Assembly: GCA_965230295.1 (NCBI GenBank)
Contig: OZ246001.1
Location: forward strand, 2,336,001 to 2,400,000
Direction of reading: 5' to 3'
Source: Marinicella sp.
GTDB taxonomy: Bacteria; Pseudomonadota; Gammaproteobacteria; Xanthomonadales; Marinicellaceae
Length of the DNA: 64,000 nucleotides
The position numbers and the translations under genes were made by a program. The notes beneath the pieces are model-generated. The model did not search any database, had not been told where the DNA came from, and was given only the letters and a program-made list of their open reading frames with translations. Shown one piece after another: positions 29,840 through 37,700 of the stretch. Numbering within the stretch: position 1 is the stretch's first letter; every line of letters begins with the position of its first letter.

Positions 29840-30292
29840 ATGAATTTATTCAGTTCGATCAAATCAATGCTTCAAATTGGTCAATCAAATAAGCAACTGA
29901 ATGATACAGAACAACAAGAATTGAATCACGCCATTGTTGAGTTAATGTTGGAAATGGTGCGGGCAGATTTTGTAGAACTGTATGCTGAAAAAACAGCCTT
30001 ATCCGAGTACCTTTCCAGTAAGTTGGGCCTGTCAAAACAAGACGTGGCACAGTATATTGAGGTGGCAGAAATGCGAACAGACTTTTCAATTTCCCTTGAA
30101 TCTCAAACCAATGTCATCAATAATTACTTGGGTAGTGTGCAGAAGCTTGACTTGATGCAACACATGTGGGCATTGGCTGTGGCAGACAATGAAGTCCACT
30201 TGTTAGAACAAAATTTATTTTATAAGGCGGGACAGTTGTTAGGCATCAAAAAGCCACAACTTGACGAGATTTGTCAATCCGTGGATCTTTAA
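29840..30292 (+). CDS. TerB-family protein
   Basis: LMLEMVRAD...EK, MWALAVADNEVHLLE; start MNLF at 29840. Confidence 0.75.
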   Translation: MNLFSSIKSMLQIGQSNKQLNDTEQQELNHAIVELMLEMVRADFVELYAEKTALSEYLSSKLGLSKQDVAQYIEVAEMRTDFSISLESQTNVINNYLGSVQKLDLMQHMWALAVADNEVHLLEQNLFYKAGQLLGIKKPQLDEICQSVDL

Positions 30293-30314
30293 CCCAAGCA
30301 ATTTAAGGAATATT

Positions 30315-31403
30315 ATGGATTTAACACATTTTTTAAAAACCATGCGTGAAATGAATGGTTCTGACATGTATCTCAGTACCGGTGCTCCGATTAACGTAAA
30401 GGCTGAAGGTGTGCTTCAATCCTTGAGCAGTACCGGCTTGCCACCAGGTATAGTAGAAAAGATTGCCTATTCATTGATGGATGAGAGGCAGATCAAAGAA
30501 TTTGAAGACACGATGGAATGTAATCTGGCTGTTTCTATCAAAGGTGTGGGTCGTTACCGGGTCAATGTGTTCAGACAACGGGGTGAAGTCTCCATGGTGA
30601 TCCGAACCATCAAAAGCACCATTCCTAAGTTGGAAGAGTTGAACATGCCACCGCATTTGTATGATTTAATCATGGAAAAGCGGGGCTTGATCTTGGTGGT
30701 GGGTGCCACAGGTTCTGGTAAATCTACCACCATGGCTTCAATGATTGATCACCGTAATTCAAGCATTACGGGTCACATCCTGACAGTTGAAGATCCCATT
30801 GAATACGTTCACAAGCACAAAAAATCTGTGATCAATCAACGAGAAATCGGTATCGACACCTTAGGGTATGCGCCGGCTTTGAAAAATGCCTTGCGTGAAG
30901 CCCCGGATTTGATTTTGATTGGTGAGATCAATGACGCTGAAACCATGGAAGCTGCAGTTTCATTTGCTGAAACTGGTCATTTATGTATGGCCACACTGCA
31001 TGCCAACAATTCAGACCAAGCCATGGAGCGGGTGTTGAACTTTTTCCCCAATGACATGCATAACAACGTGTTGATGAATCTGGCATTGAACTTACGAGCA
31101 GTCATTTCACAACGATTGGTGATTGATGTTGATGGCAAACGCCGTCCGGCATGTGAAGTTTTGATGAACACCCCACAAATCAGGGAAATGATCAGAAGGG
31201 GAGAAATCAATGAATTGAAAATGGCGATGGAAAAGTCATTGGAAGATGGTATGCAAACATTTGACCAAGCCTTATATGATATGTACAAAGAAGGTATCAT
31301 TACATTAGAAGAAGCCTTGGGTAATGCCGATTCAGCACAAGGACTTGAAGTGCGAATTAATCTATCGAGTGAAGATGATACCGGTGGCGATGATTATTTT
31401 TGA
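30315..31403 (+). CDS. pilU: PilT/PilU-family type IV pilus retraction ATPase (PilU-like)
   Basis: GATGSGKST, EDPIEY, NALREAPD, AETGHL...TLHAN, GMQTFDQ; lacks the PilT AIRNLIRE motif; AAGGA SD before 30315. Confidence 0.88.
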   Translation: MDLTHFLKTMREMNGSDMYLSTGAPINVKAEGVLQSLSSTGLPPGIVEKIAYSLMDERQIKEFEDTMECNLAVSIKGVGRYRVNVFRQRGEVSMVIRTIKSTIPKLEELNMPPHLYDLIMEKRGLILVVGATGSGKSTTMASMIDHRNSSITGHILTVEDPIEYVHKHKKSVINQREIGIDTLGYAPALKNALREAPDLILIGEINDAETMEAAVSFAETGHLCMATLHANNSDQAMERVLNFFPNDMHNNVLMNLALNLRAVISQRLVIDVDGKRRPACEVLMNTPQIREMIRRGEINELKMAMEKSLEDGMQTFDQALYDMYKEGIITLEEALGNADSAQGLEVRINLSSEDDTGGDDYF

Positions 31404-31559
31404 TCACACAGCCTCTTACTGAGTATGCCTGTCATGAGTTGTCTCAGAACAGTTCGTGGTCAATTCAACATGAGAAAAAATCAAGTCAACAATGTGACAT
31501 TGTAGTTGAGTCTTGTCCTCTGTTCGATGGCTAAAATAACGCATGCCTATCACAAAATC

Positions 31560-31588
31560 GTGACAACTTCATGAATTAACCATACAAT
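31560..31588 (+). promoter_or_regulatory. Candidate sigma70 promoter for the YIDPG cassette
   Basis: GTGACA-N17-TACAAT about 30 nt before the ATG. Confidence 0.55.
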
Positions 31589-31620
31589 AGCCCCGTTTAA
31601 AAGATACGAACCAACAACCT

Positions 31621-31836
31621 ATGAAGTTACTTATCTCAATGTTTGTTTTAATGCTCATGATGACTCCTGGCGTGGCTTTTGCCTATATTGATCCAGGTTC
31701 AGGAAGTGCAATCATGTCTGCGATAATCGGATTTTTTGTGGCGATTGGGTTGGCCATCAAAACCTATTGGTACAAATTAAAATCTTTGTTTGGGAAAAAG
31801 GATAAAGAAATCGAGTCAACTGAAGACAAAGAATAA
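31621..31836 (+). CDS. Small 'YIDPG' membrane protein (signal peptide, one TM, charged tail)
   Basis: 71 aa: hydrophobic leader ending AFA, then YIDPGSGS, TM helix, basic WYKLKSLFGKK and acidic tail. Confidence 0.8.
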   Translation: MKLLISMFVLMLMMTPGVAFAYIDPGSGSAIMSAIIGFFVAIGLAIKTYWYKLKSLFGKKDKEIESTEDKE

Positions 31837-31864
31837 CTGAAATTTAATAAAAGGAAGTCGTTAT

Positions 31865-32524
31865 ATGACAGACAAAGACATTGAGTTTAATAAACATTAT
31901 TGGGATGACTTTTATAAGCATAAGCACAGAATCATTCCATCACAGTTTTGTGTTTGTGTGCTGACCGAGTTGAACCGTGAGGCTTCAGTGGTGGAATTGG
32001 GAAGTGGCAATGGTCGAGATTCTTTGTACTTTGCCAGTAAAGGCTGTTCAGTTACATCCATGGACCTGTCTCATGAAGCCATCAGCCAATCAAACAAAAG
32101 AGCGGAAGCAGAAGGGTTGAATGGCACCCGTTTTTTCCAAGGAGACTTAACGTCCAAAAAAGACATCAGCAGGACGGTGGATCACGCACGAAAATCGAAT
32201 GAAAATCAACCCATTACTTTTTACTCCAGGTTCGTGATGCATTCGCTTGACGACGAACAAGAACAGGCCTTTTTGAAAGTGATGGGCCATTGTGTAAAAG
32301 CAGGTGAACACATTTATTTCGAGTTCAGGTCTGCGGAAGATGCCGCATTAGACAAGCATTTTGGTGGTCATTTCAGGCGATATGTAAATACTGAAACCTT
32401 CAAAAAAAGATTGAGCGATGAAGGGTTCAAAATTGAATATGAGATCATTGGGCAAGGCATGGCTAAATATAAAGAGGAAGATCCTTTCGTGGCCAGATTC
32501 ATCGCCAAAAAACTGGATCCTTAA
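31865..32524 (+). CDS. Class I SAM-dependent methyltransferase
   Basis: YWDDFY, VVELGSGNGRDS, FYSRFVMHSL, HFRRY; AGGA SD. Confidence 0.85.
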   Translation: MTDKDIEFNKHYWDDFYKHKHRIIPSQFCVCVLTELNREASVVELGSGNGRDSLYFASKGCSVTSMDLSHEAISQSNKRAEAEGLNGTRFFQGDLTSKKDISRTVDHARKSNENQPITFYSRFVMHSLDDEQEQAFLKVMGHCVKAGEHIYFEFRSAEDAALDKHFGGHFRRYVNTETFKKRLSDEGFKIEYEIIGQGMAKYKEEDPFVARFIAKKLDP

Positions 32525-32548
32525 ACACACAATACATCAAAGGCAGCC

Positions 32549-33691
32549 ATGTTTCGGTTTTTCAAATATTTAAAAAATGTCATTGCATTTAATCAGCTGC
32601 CCAGAAAAACAAGAACTGTCGTTTTTTATTCAGAAGGAAAAAACTATTGGGTGCATTTACAGGGGCTGGTTAATGAATTGCTGAACACCCATAAAGTCCC
32701 TGTTTGCTATGTCAGTTCAAACGACAACGATCCTGGTTTGGCCATGCAACACCCCAATTTTCACAGTTTCCTGATTGATGAGGGATGGATCCGGAATTGG
32801 TGGTTTGAAAATTTAGAAGCTGATATGTTGGTGCTGTCTATGCCGGACATTCACCAGTATCAGGTCAAAAGGTCAAAACACCCTGTGCATTATGTTTATG
32901 TACAACATTCATTGGTCAGTAAGCACATGGTTTATCGTGAAGGCGCATTTGACCACTATGATTCAATCTTCTGTGCGGCACCACATCATTTCAAGGAAAT
33001 CAGGGCCATAGAGTCCTTGTACAACTTGAAACCCAAAAATTTGTATGAACACGGCTATGCCAGGTTGGATTCAATCCTAAAAAATGCCCAACAGAATAGA
33101 AATAATGAATCCGCACACAGCGCTAAGCCGCATGTACTCATTGCACCTTCTTGGGGCGAAGTTAATGTGGTGGAAGATTATGGCCAACAGATTATTGAGA
33201 CTTTGTTGAATCACAATTACAAAGTCACGTTAAGACCTCACCCTCAAACCATCAAGTTTTCTAAGAATACAATTGATGCGTTGGTCAGTCAATTTTCAAC
33301 AAACCCGGACTTCTCCTTTGAGGGGAATGTTGATGGCGAGGCCTCATTACACATGTCTGATGTCATGATCAGTGATTGGTCTGGGGCAGCACTGGATTAT
33401 GCTTTTGGACTCGGCAAGCCTGTGTTGTTCCTGGATGTGCCCAGAAAAGTCAATAACCCGGAATACGAAAAATTGGGAATCGAGCCGTATGAAGTGATGA
33501 TCCGTGAGAAAATTGGACGTGTGATCAGCGTGGATCAAGTTGATGAGATCCATCACTCAATTGAAGCTTGTTTGGAAAAACATAAAACAGCACCTTATGA
33601 ACATGATATTTTCAACCTCGGAAAATCTGATGAAGTGGGTGCCCGGTTACTGATAGATATATCTGCCAAATTGGAACATGAAGAAGGTTAA
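32549..33691 (+). CDS. CDP-glycerol glycerophosphotransferase (TagB/TagF-like, GT-B) family protein
   Basis: VQHS, GYARLD, LIAPSWG, LRPHPQ, SDVMISDWSGAALDYAF..GKPVLF. Confidence 0.8.
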   Translation: MFRFFKYLKNVIAFNQLPRKTRTVVFYSEGKNYWVHLQGLVNELLNTHKVPVCYVSSNDNDPGLAMQHPNFHSFLIDEGWIRNWWFENLEADMLVLSMPDIHQYQVKRSKHPVHYVYVQHSLVSKHMVYREGAFDHYDSIFCAAPHHFKEIRAIESLYNLKPKNLYEHGYARLDSILKNAQQNRNNESAHSAKPHVLIAPSWGEVNVVEDYGQQIIETLLNHNYKVTLRPHPQTIKFSKNTIDALVSQFSTNPDFSFEGNVDGEASLHMSDVMISDWSGAALDYAFGLGKPVLFLDVPRKVNNPEYEKLGIEPYEVMIREKIGRVISVDQVDEIHHSIEACLEKHKTAPYEHDIFNLGKSDEVGARLLIDISAKLEHEEG

Positions 33692-33694
33692 TCT

Positions 33695-34822
33695 TTGATG
33701 CAAGTTAAACACCTGAACAGCTTTTTTCTATTCTTGTTATTGCTGTTTCCATTGCAGTCAAATGCCAGTATTTCAAATAAAAAAACCGTCAATAGCCAGC
33801 ATGAATTAAAGGCCCAAATAGACAGACAAATCCGCGAGTCCTATGATTTTTTTGGCTTGGCAATTTATTTAAACCAAATTCATTTCTTTTCATACACTGA
33901 TCAACAGCTGATGCCATTGGCCTCAGACGATTCTGTGGTTGAATTGGGTCGTGATTCGAGCCTGTTGGTTGTCGGTAGGTTTAATGTCTTGATCCTGCAA
34001 GCAGATGGTCAAATCATAAACCTTAAAGAAGGTGAGATTAAGTTTGATACATCGGCCAGTCATCCTTTGCAGTACCGTGTCGTTTCAAAACCTGAAGTGG
34101 GCCTAGTCAATGAAGCGTATGAGTCATTGAGGTATCACCAGCTGTATACACCACTGGCGGCGTTATCCAGAGGCTTGGAATGGGTATTGAGGTCACTGGG
34201 TAATCATATGAATTGGGGGTTTGCCATCATTGTCATGGCCGTTTTGATCAAGATTTTACTGATCCCGATCAATGTGCTGACCGTCAGATCACAAAGAAAA
34301 GTCAGTCAGGTTCAAGCAAAATTAATGCCTGAATTGGCCGAAATCAAAGCAAACTTTGATGGAGAAGAAGCCCATAACAAGATAATGGCGGCCCACAAGC
34401 ATCATGGAGTTTCTCCATTTTTCACTTTGAAACCCTTGATGAGCACATTGATACAACTGCCGGTGTTGATTGCCGTCTTCAATGTTTTGGCTGAAATGCC
34501 TGAGTTACGTGGTGCAACATTTTTGTGGATTGGGGATCTGGCATACCCGGATGTGATTGTGCAATTTTCAAGTGGCATCAGTATGTTTGGTGACAAGATC
34601 AGTCTCTTGCCTGTACTCATGACGATCATCGCATTATTGGCCTCATATGCTTACAAGGATCAGCATTTACCTGAGCAAGCGGCCAAGGCCCAAAGGAAAA
34701 AACTGTTGCTGATGGCGATGGCGTTTTTTGTTTTGTTTTACCCCTTTCCGGCATCCATGGTCATGTATTGGGCCATGGCCAATCTACTCCAGTTTATTCA
34801 GCAGAATTTGATGCGCAGTTAA
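33695..34822 (+). CDS. Divergent YidC/Oxa1-family membrane insertase paralog
   Basis: NWGFAII...IKILLIP, cytoplasmic hairpin, IQLPVL, FLWIGDLAYPD, FPASMVMYW..NLLQ..QQ; short N-terminal periplasmic region; not in the rpmH-rnpA-yidC context. Confidence 0.85.
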   Translation: MMQVKHLNSFFLFLLLLFPLQSNASISNKKTVNSQHELKAQIDRQIRESYDFFGLAIYLNQIHFFSYTDQQLMPLASDDSVVELGRDSSLLVVGRFNVLILQADGQIINLKEGEIKFDTSASHPLQYRVVSKPEVGLVNEAYESLRYHQLYTPLAALSRGLEWVLRSLGNHMNWGFAIIVMAVLIKILLIPINVLTVRSQRKVSQVQAKLMPELAEIKANFDGEEAHNKIMAAHKHHGVSPFFTLKPLMSTLIQLPVLIAVFNVLAEMPELRGATFLWIGDLAYPDVIVQFSSGISMFGDKISLLPVLMTIIALLASYAYKDQHLPEQAAKAQRKKLLLMAMAFFVLFYPFPASMVMYWAMANLLQFIQQNLMRS

Positions 34823-34913
34823 ACACTGAACACACGCCAGTGATATGGTTTCAGGCCATAGATTTAAGGACTGGTGAATCATTTTTGCGCAATGTATTCT
34901 TGCCGATATACAT

Positions 34914-34942
34914 ATGACAAGTGATGAATTAGGAGCTATAAT
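34914..34942 (+). promoter_or_regulatory. Candidate sigma70 promoter for wzm-wzt
   Basis: ATGACA-N17-TATAAT. Confidence 0.55.
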
Positions 34943-35116
34943 GCAGCGTCATTCATCATAGATTAGAAACCATAAAATCCAAAGCTTTCAGGAAAAACAT
35001 GTGGTCATTGAGCCGTCAAATTCTGGAGGACTGGTTTGATCACATATAAACAAATGCAGGATTTTAATAGACCATGATGACAGCCTGTCTGTTAATCACC
35101 AATTATCTCGAGCTTT

Positions 35117-35899
35117 ATGGAATTTTTCAAAGACATCTTAACTGGCTATAAGCGCAAAAGATTGTGGAAGAAGCTGGCCGTATTGGAATTGAAGAGTAGA
35201 TTCCAAGGTGCTTTTATCGGTACATTCTGGATTGTCTTGACCTTGATGATTAAAGTGGGCATGTTGTCACTTATCTACTCGATGGTACTGGAAAAAGACA
35301 TCAAAGATTATGTGTTGTTTTTGGCTTTGGGGCTGTTGACCTGGAATTTCATTTCTGCGGTGATCGTAACCAGCGGAAATATTTTCAGAAAAGCCGCCAA
35401 TTTTCTACAACAAATGGACTTGCCACATTCCATTTTTGTTTATCAAAACATTTATCGAGAAATTGTGTCGCTACTGATGTATCAGCTTTTTGCCATTCCC
35501 CTGGTCATCATCATCAAAGGTTGGGATTTTGTTGGTTTGATTTGGTTGTGGTCATTCCTGGGTTACTTGATCATCATTTTAAATGCATTTTTTGTCAGTA
35601 TGTGGCTGGGTTGGTTATCTGTTCGATTCAGAGATGTTCAGTCTTTATTAACCAGTTTGGTCATGATCATTTTCTTAGTAACCCCGATCCTGTGGCCGCC
35701 ACCTGAGCAATTTGCCGGTAGTTTGTATTTCCAACTCAATCCATTTTATCATTTGCTTGAATTAATCAGGTCGCCAATACTGCAAGGTGTTGTACCCGTT
35801 ACATCCTGGTATGTCAGTTTAGGGTTGTTGTCTTTCAATGTGTTAATTTGCGTGATGTTTTATCGCAGAGTCAAACACCGTTTGGTCTTGTGGTTGTAA
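35117..35899 (+). CDS. wzm: Polysaccharide ABC exporter permease (Wzm/TagG/KpsM family)
   Basis: ELKSRFQGAFIGTFW, RFRDVQ, FLVTPILW, LNPFYHLLELIR; 6 TMs. Confidence 0.9.
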   Translation: MEFFKDILTGYKRKRLWKKLAVLELKSRFQGAFIGTFWIVLTLMIKVGMLSLIYSMVLEKDIKDYVLFLALGLLTWNFISAVIVTSGNIFRKAANFLQQMDLPHSIFVYQNIYREIVSLLMYQLFAIPLVIIIKGWDFVGLIWLWSFLGYLIIILNAFFVSMWLGWLSVRFRDVQSLLTSLVMIIFLVTPILWPPPEQFAGSLYFQLNPFYHLLELIRSPILQGVVPVTSWYVSLGLLSFNVLICVMFYRRVKHRLVLWL

Positions 35900-35901
35900 T
35901 C

Positions 35902-36612
35902 ATGACGAGCATATCTTTAGAAAACATCACTTTTTCTTATAAATACTTTCCATCCATCAGCGGTGGACTACTGAAAAGCAATTCAGGCCTCAAAAGCCAG
36001 ACTGCTTTGTCAGATGTTAACCTACAAATTAACCATGGTGATCGGGTTGCCCTGTTGGGAACCAATGGTGCTGGTAAATCCACCTTGTTGAAAATAATCG
36101 CTGGCATTTACAAACCCGAAAAGGGTGAAGTAAAAACTGAAGGTCGGGTCTATACATTTCTGGGTAGGAATGTGGGTGTGATGCCCCAGCTTTCAGGGTA
36201 TGACAACCTCACTGTTAGGGGGTTGTTGCTTGATTTGCCTGATGATGTGATCGAAGAGAAAATTAAAAGCATTGTCGAGTTTACAGAGTTGGGTGATGGC
36301 ATTCATCGACCGGTTTCTACCTATTCAATGGGCATGCGGGCACGTTTGACTTTTGGTATGTTGATGTTTATTGATGCAGACATTCTGTTGATTGATGAAG
36401 GATTGGGTGCTGGAGATCAGTTTTTCCTGGAAAAGGCCCGTAGATTTATCAATGAATTGTTGGACAATTCAAAAATATTAATTTTTGCCAACCACTCTAA
36501 CCAATTGTTAAAGCAATTTTGTAACAAAGCATTGCTGGTTAATGAAGGACATATTTTGTCTTATGGTGCATTTGATGAAGTCTTGCATCAGTATAACCAT
36601 TTGAAAAAATAG
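35902..36612 (+). CDS. wzt: Polysaccharide ABC exporter ATPase (Wzt/TagH/KpsT family), no C-terminal carbohydrate-binding domain
   Basis: GTNGAGKSTLLK, TYSMGMRARL, LLIDEGLGAGD..F; 236 aa from the ATG at 35902. Confidence 0.9.
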   Translation: MTSISLENITFSYKYFPSISGGLLKSNSGLKSQTALSDVNLQINHGDRVALLGTNGAGKSTLLKIIAGIYKPEKGEVKTEGRVYTFLGRNVGVMPQLSGYDNLTVRGLLLDLPDDVIEEKIKSIVEFTELGDGIHRPVSTYSMGMRARLTFGMLMFIDADILLIDEGLGAGDQFFLEKARRFINELLDNSKILIFANHSNQLLKQFCNKALLVNEGHILSYGAFDEVLHQYNHLKK

Positions 36613-36748
36613 AGTTTCTAGAGGTGCAACCATCATGTCTTGAACCAATCACGACGTTTTTGATAGAAGGTTTGGTAGCAAGATATTTTTGCCATTTAAA
36701 TTTTGGAGGTTACAATGTGTTTTCCTCGGTCAGATATAGGATTGAAAC

Positions 36749-37597
36749 GTGATTAATATAGTATCAGCTGTTAAAGATATGGTTCTTTCGGTCAAGAACT
36801 TCTTGGAAATGAACCCTGGAGTCAGAAGCATTTATGTTGGTGGGTATACCGCGTTGGTTAAACTGAAGTTTGGCCGAAGGTTATATGTTGACTCAAGAGA
36901 CATAGGGGTTGGTTCACATATCATGATCACAGGAGTGTGGGAAAAAAACTACACCGAATTGGTGAAAAAGCTGGTTAAAGAAGGCGACACCTTTGTCGAT
37001 GTGGGTGCAAACTTTGGTTACTACAGTGTGCTGGGCGGCCACCTGGTTGGGAATACAGGTCAAGTATTTGCATTTGAACCTAATCCGAGGCCATTCGAAT
37101 TACTCAGGATGTCAATGAAAGCCAATGGCTTCCTTAAGCCAAACGACTCAAATGTGTTTAAATTTGGTGTCTCTGATGCAGCTGGTGAAGCCTCATTCAA
37201 TTTCAAAGAAGGCGATTTTGGTGGTGGTTCAATGTTCATCCCAGAACAAAGACTGGAGACAGAAGAGTTTGCTACCATTGACATCAAAATTGACTCTTTG
37301 GATCAAATGCTGGATCATGTTGACTCAATCGATTTCATAAAGATCGATGCTGAAGGCAGTGAAGTGAATGTCATCAGAGGGATGAAGGAATTGATTCGAA
37401 GGTCTCCTAAGATAAAAATATTGATGGAGTTTTATCCTAATTTCATCAAGAAACACGTTTCTTTGTCTGAGTTCACTGATGAGCTTGAATCGATGGGTTT
37501 CCATTTCAACAAGGTGATCAATTCAAAATTGATCCCTGTGGCTGCCAGTGAACTACCCAATTTAGAAAACTGCTATTTGCTGTTAAGCAAATCCTGA
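36749..37597 (+). CDS. FkbM-family methyltransferase
   Basis: FVDVGANFGYYS, VFAFEPNP, FIKIDAEGSE; candidate promoter TTGCCA-N16-TACAAT at 36689-36716. Confidence 0.9.
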   Translation: MINIVSAVKDMVLSVKNFLEMNPGVRSIYVGGYTALVKLKFGRRLYVDSRDIGVGSHIMITGVWEKNYTELVKKLVKEGDTFVDVGANFGYYSVLGGHLVGNTGQVFAFEPNPRPFELLRMSMKANGFLKPNDSNVFKFGVSDAAGEASFNFKEGDFGGGSMFIPEQRLETEEFATIDIKIDSLDQMLDHVDSIDFIKIDAEGSEVNVIRGMKELIRRSPKIKILMEFYPNFIKKHVSLSEFTDELESMGFHFNKVINSKLIPVAASELPNLENCYLLLSKS

Positions 37598-37700
37598 AGA
37601 TCTGTGGCCATTAAACAGCGCTTGACAGCACTGATTCAAGGACTGGTTGAAAAACCATTAACTTCATCATGATTTTACCACCAAGTATCAGCGAGTAATT

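Noticed and set aside
31621-31836. Filamentous phage major coat gene / inovirus prophage
   Set aside because: Topology is similar, but there is no Zot/pI ATPase, replication initiator or other phage gene; neighbours are glycan genes.
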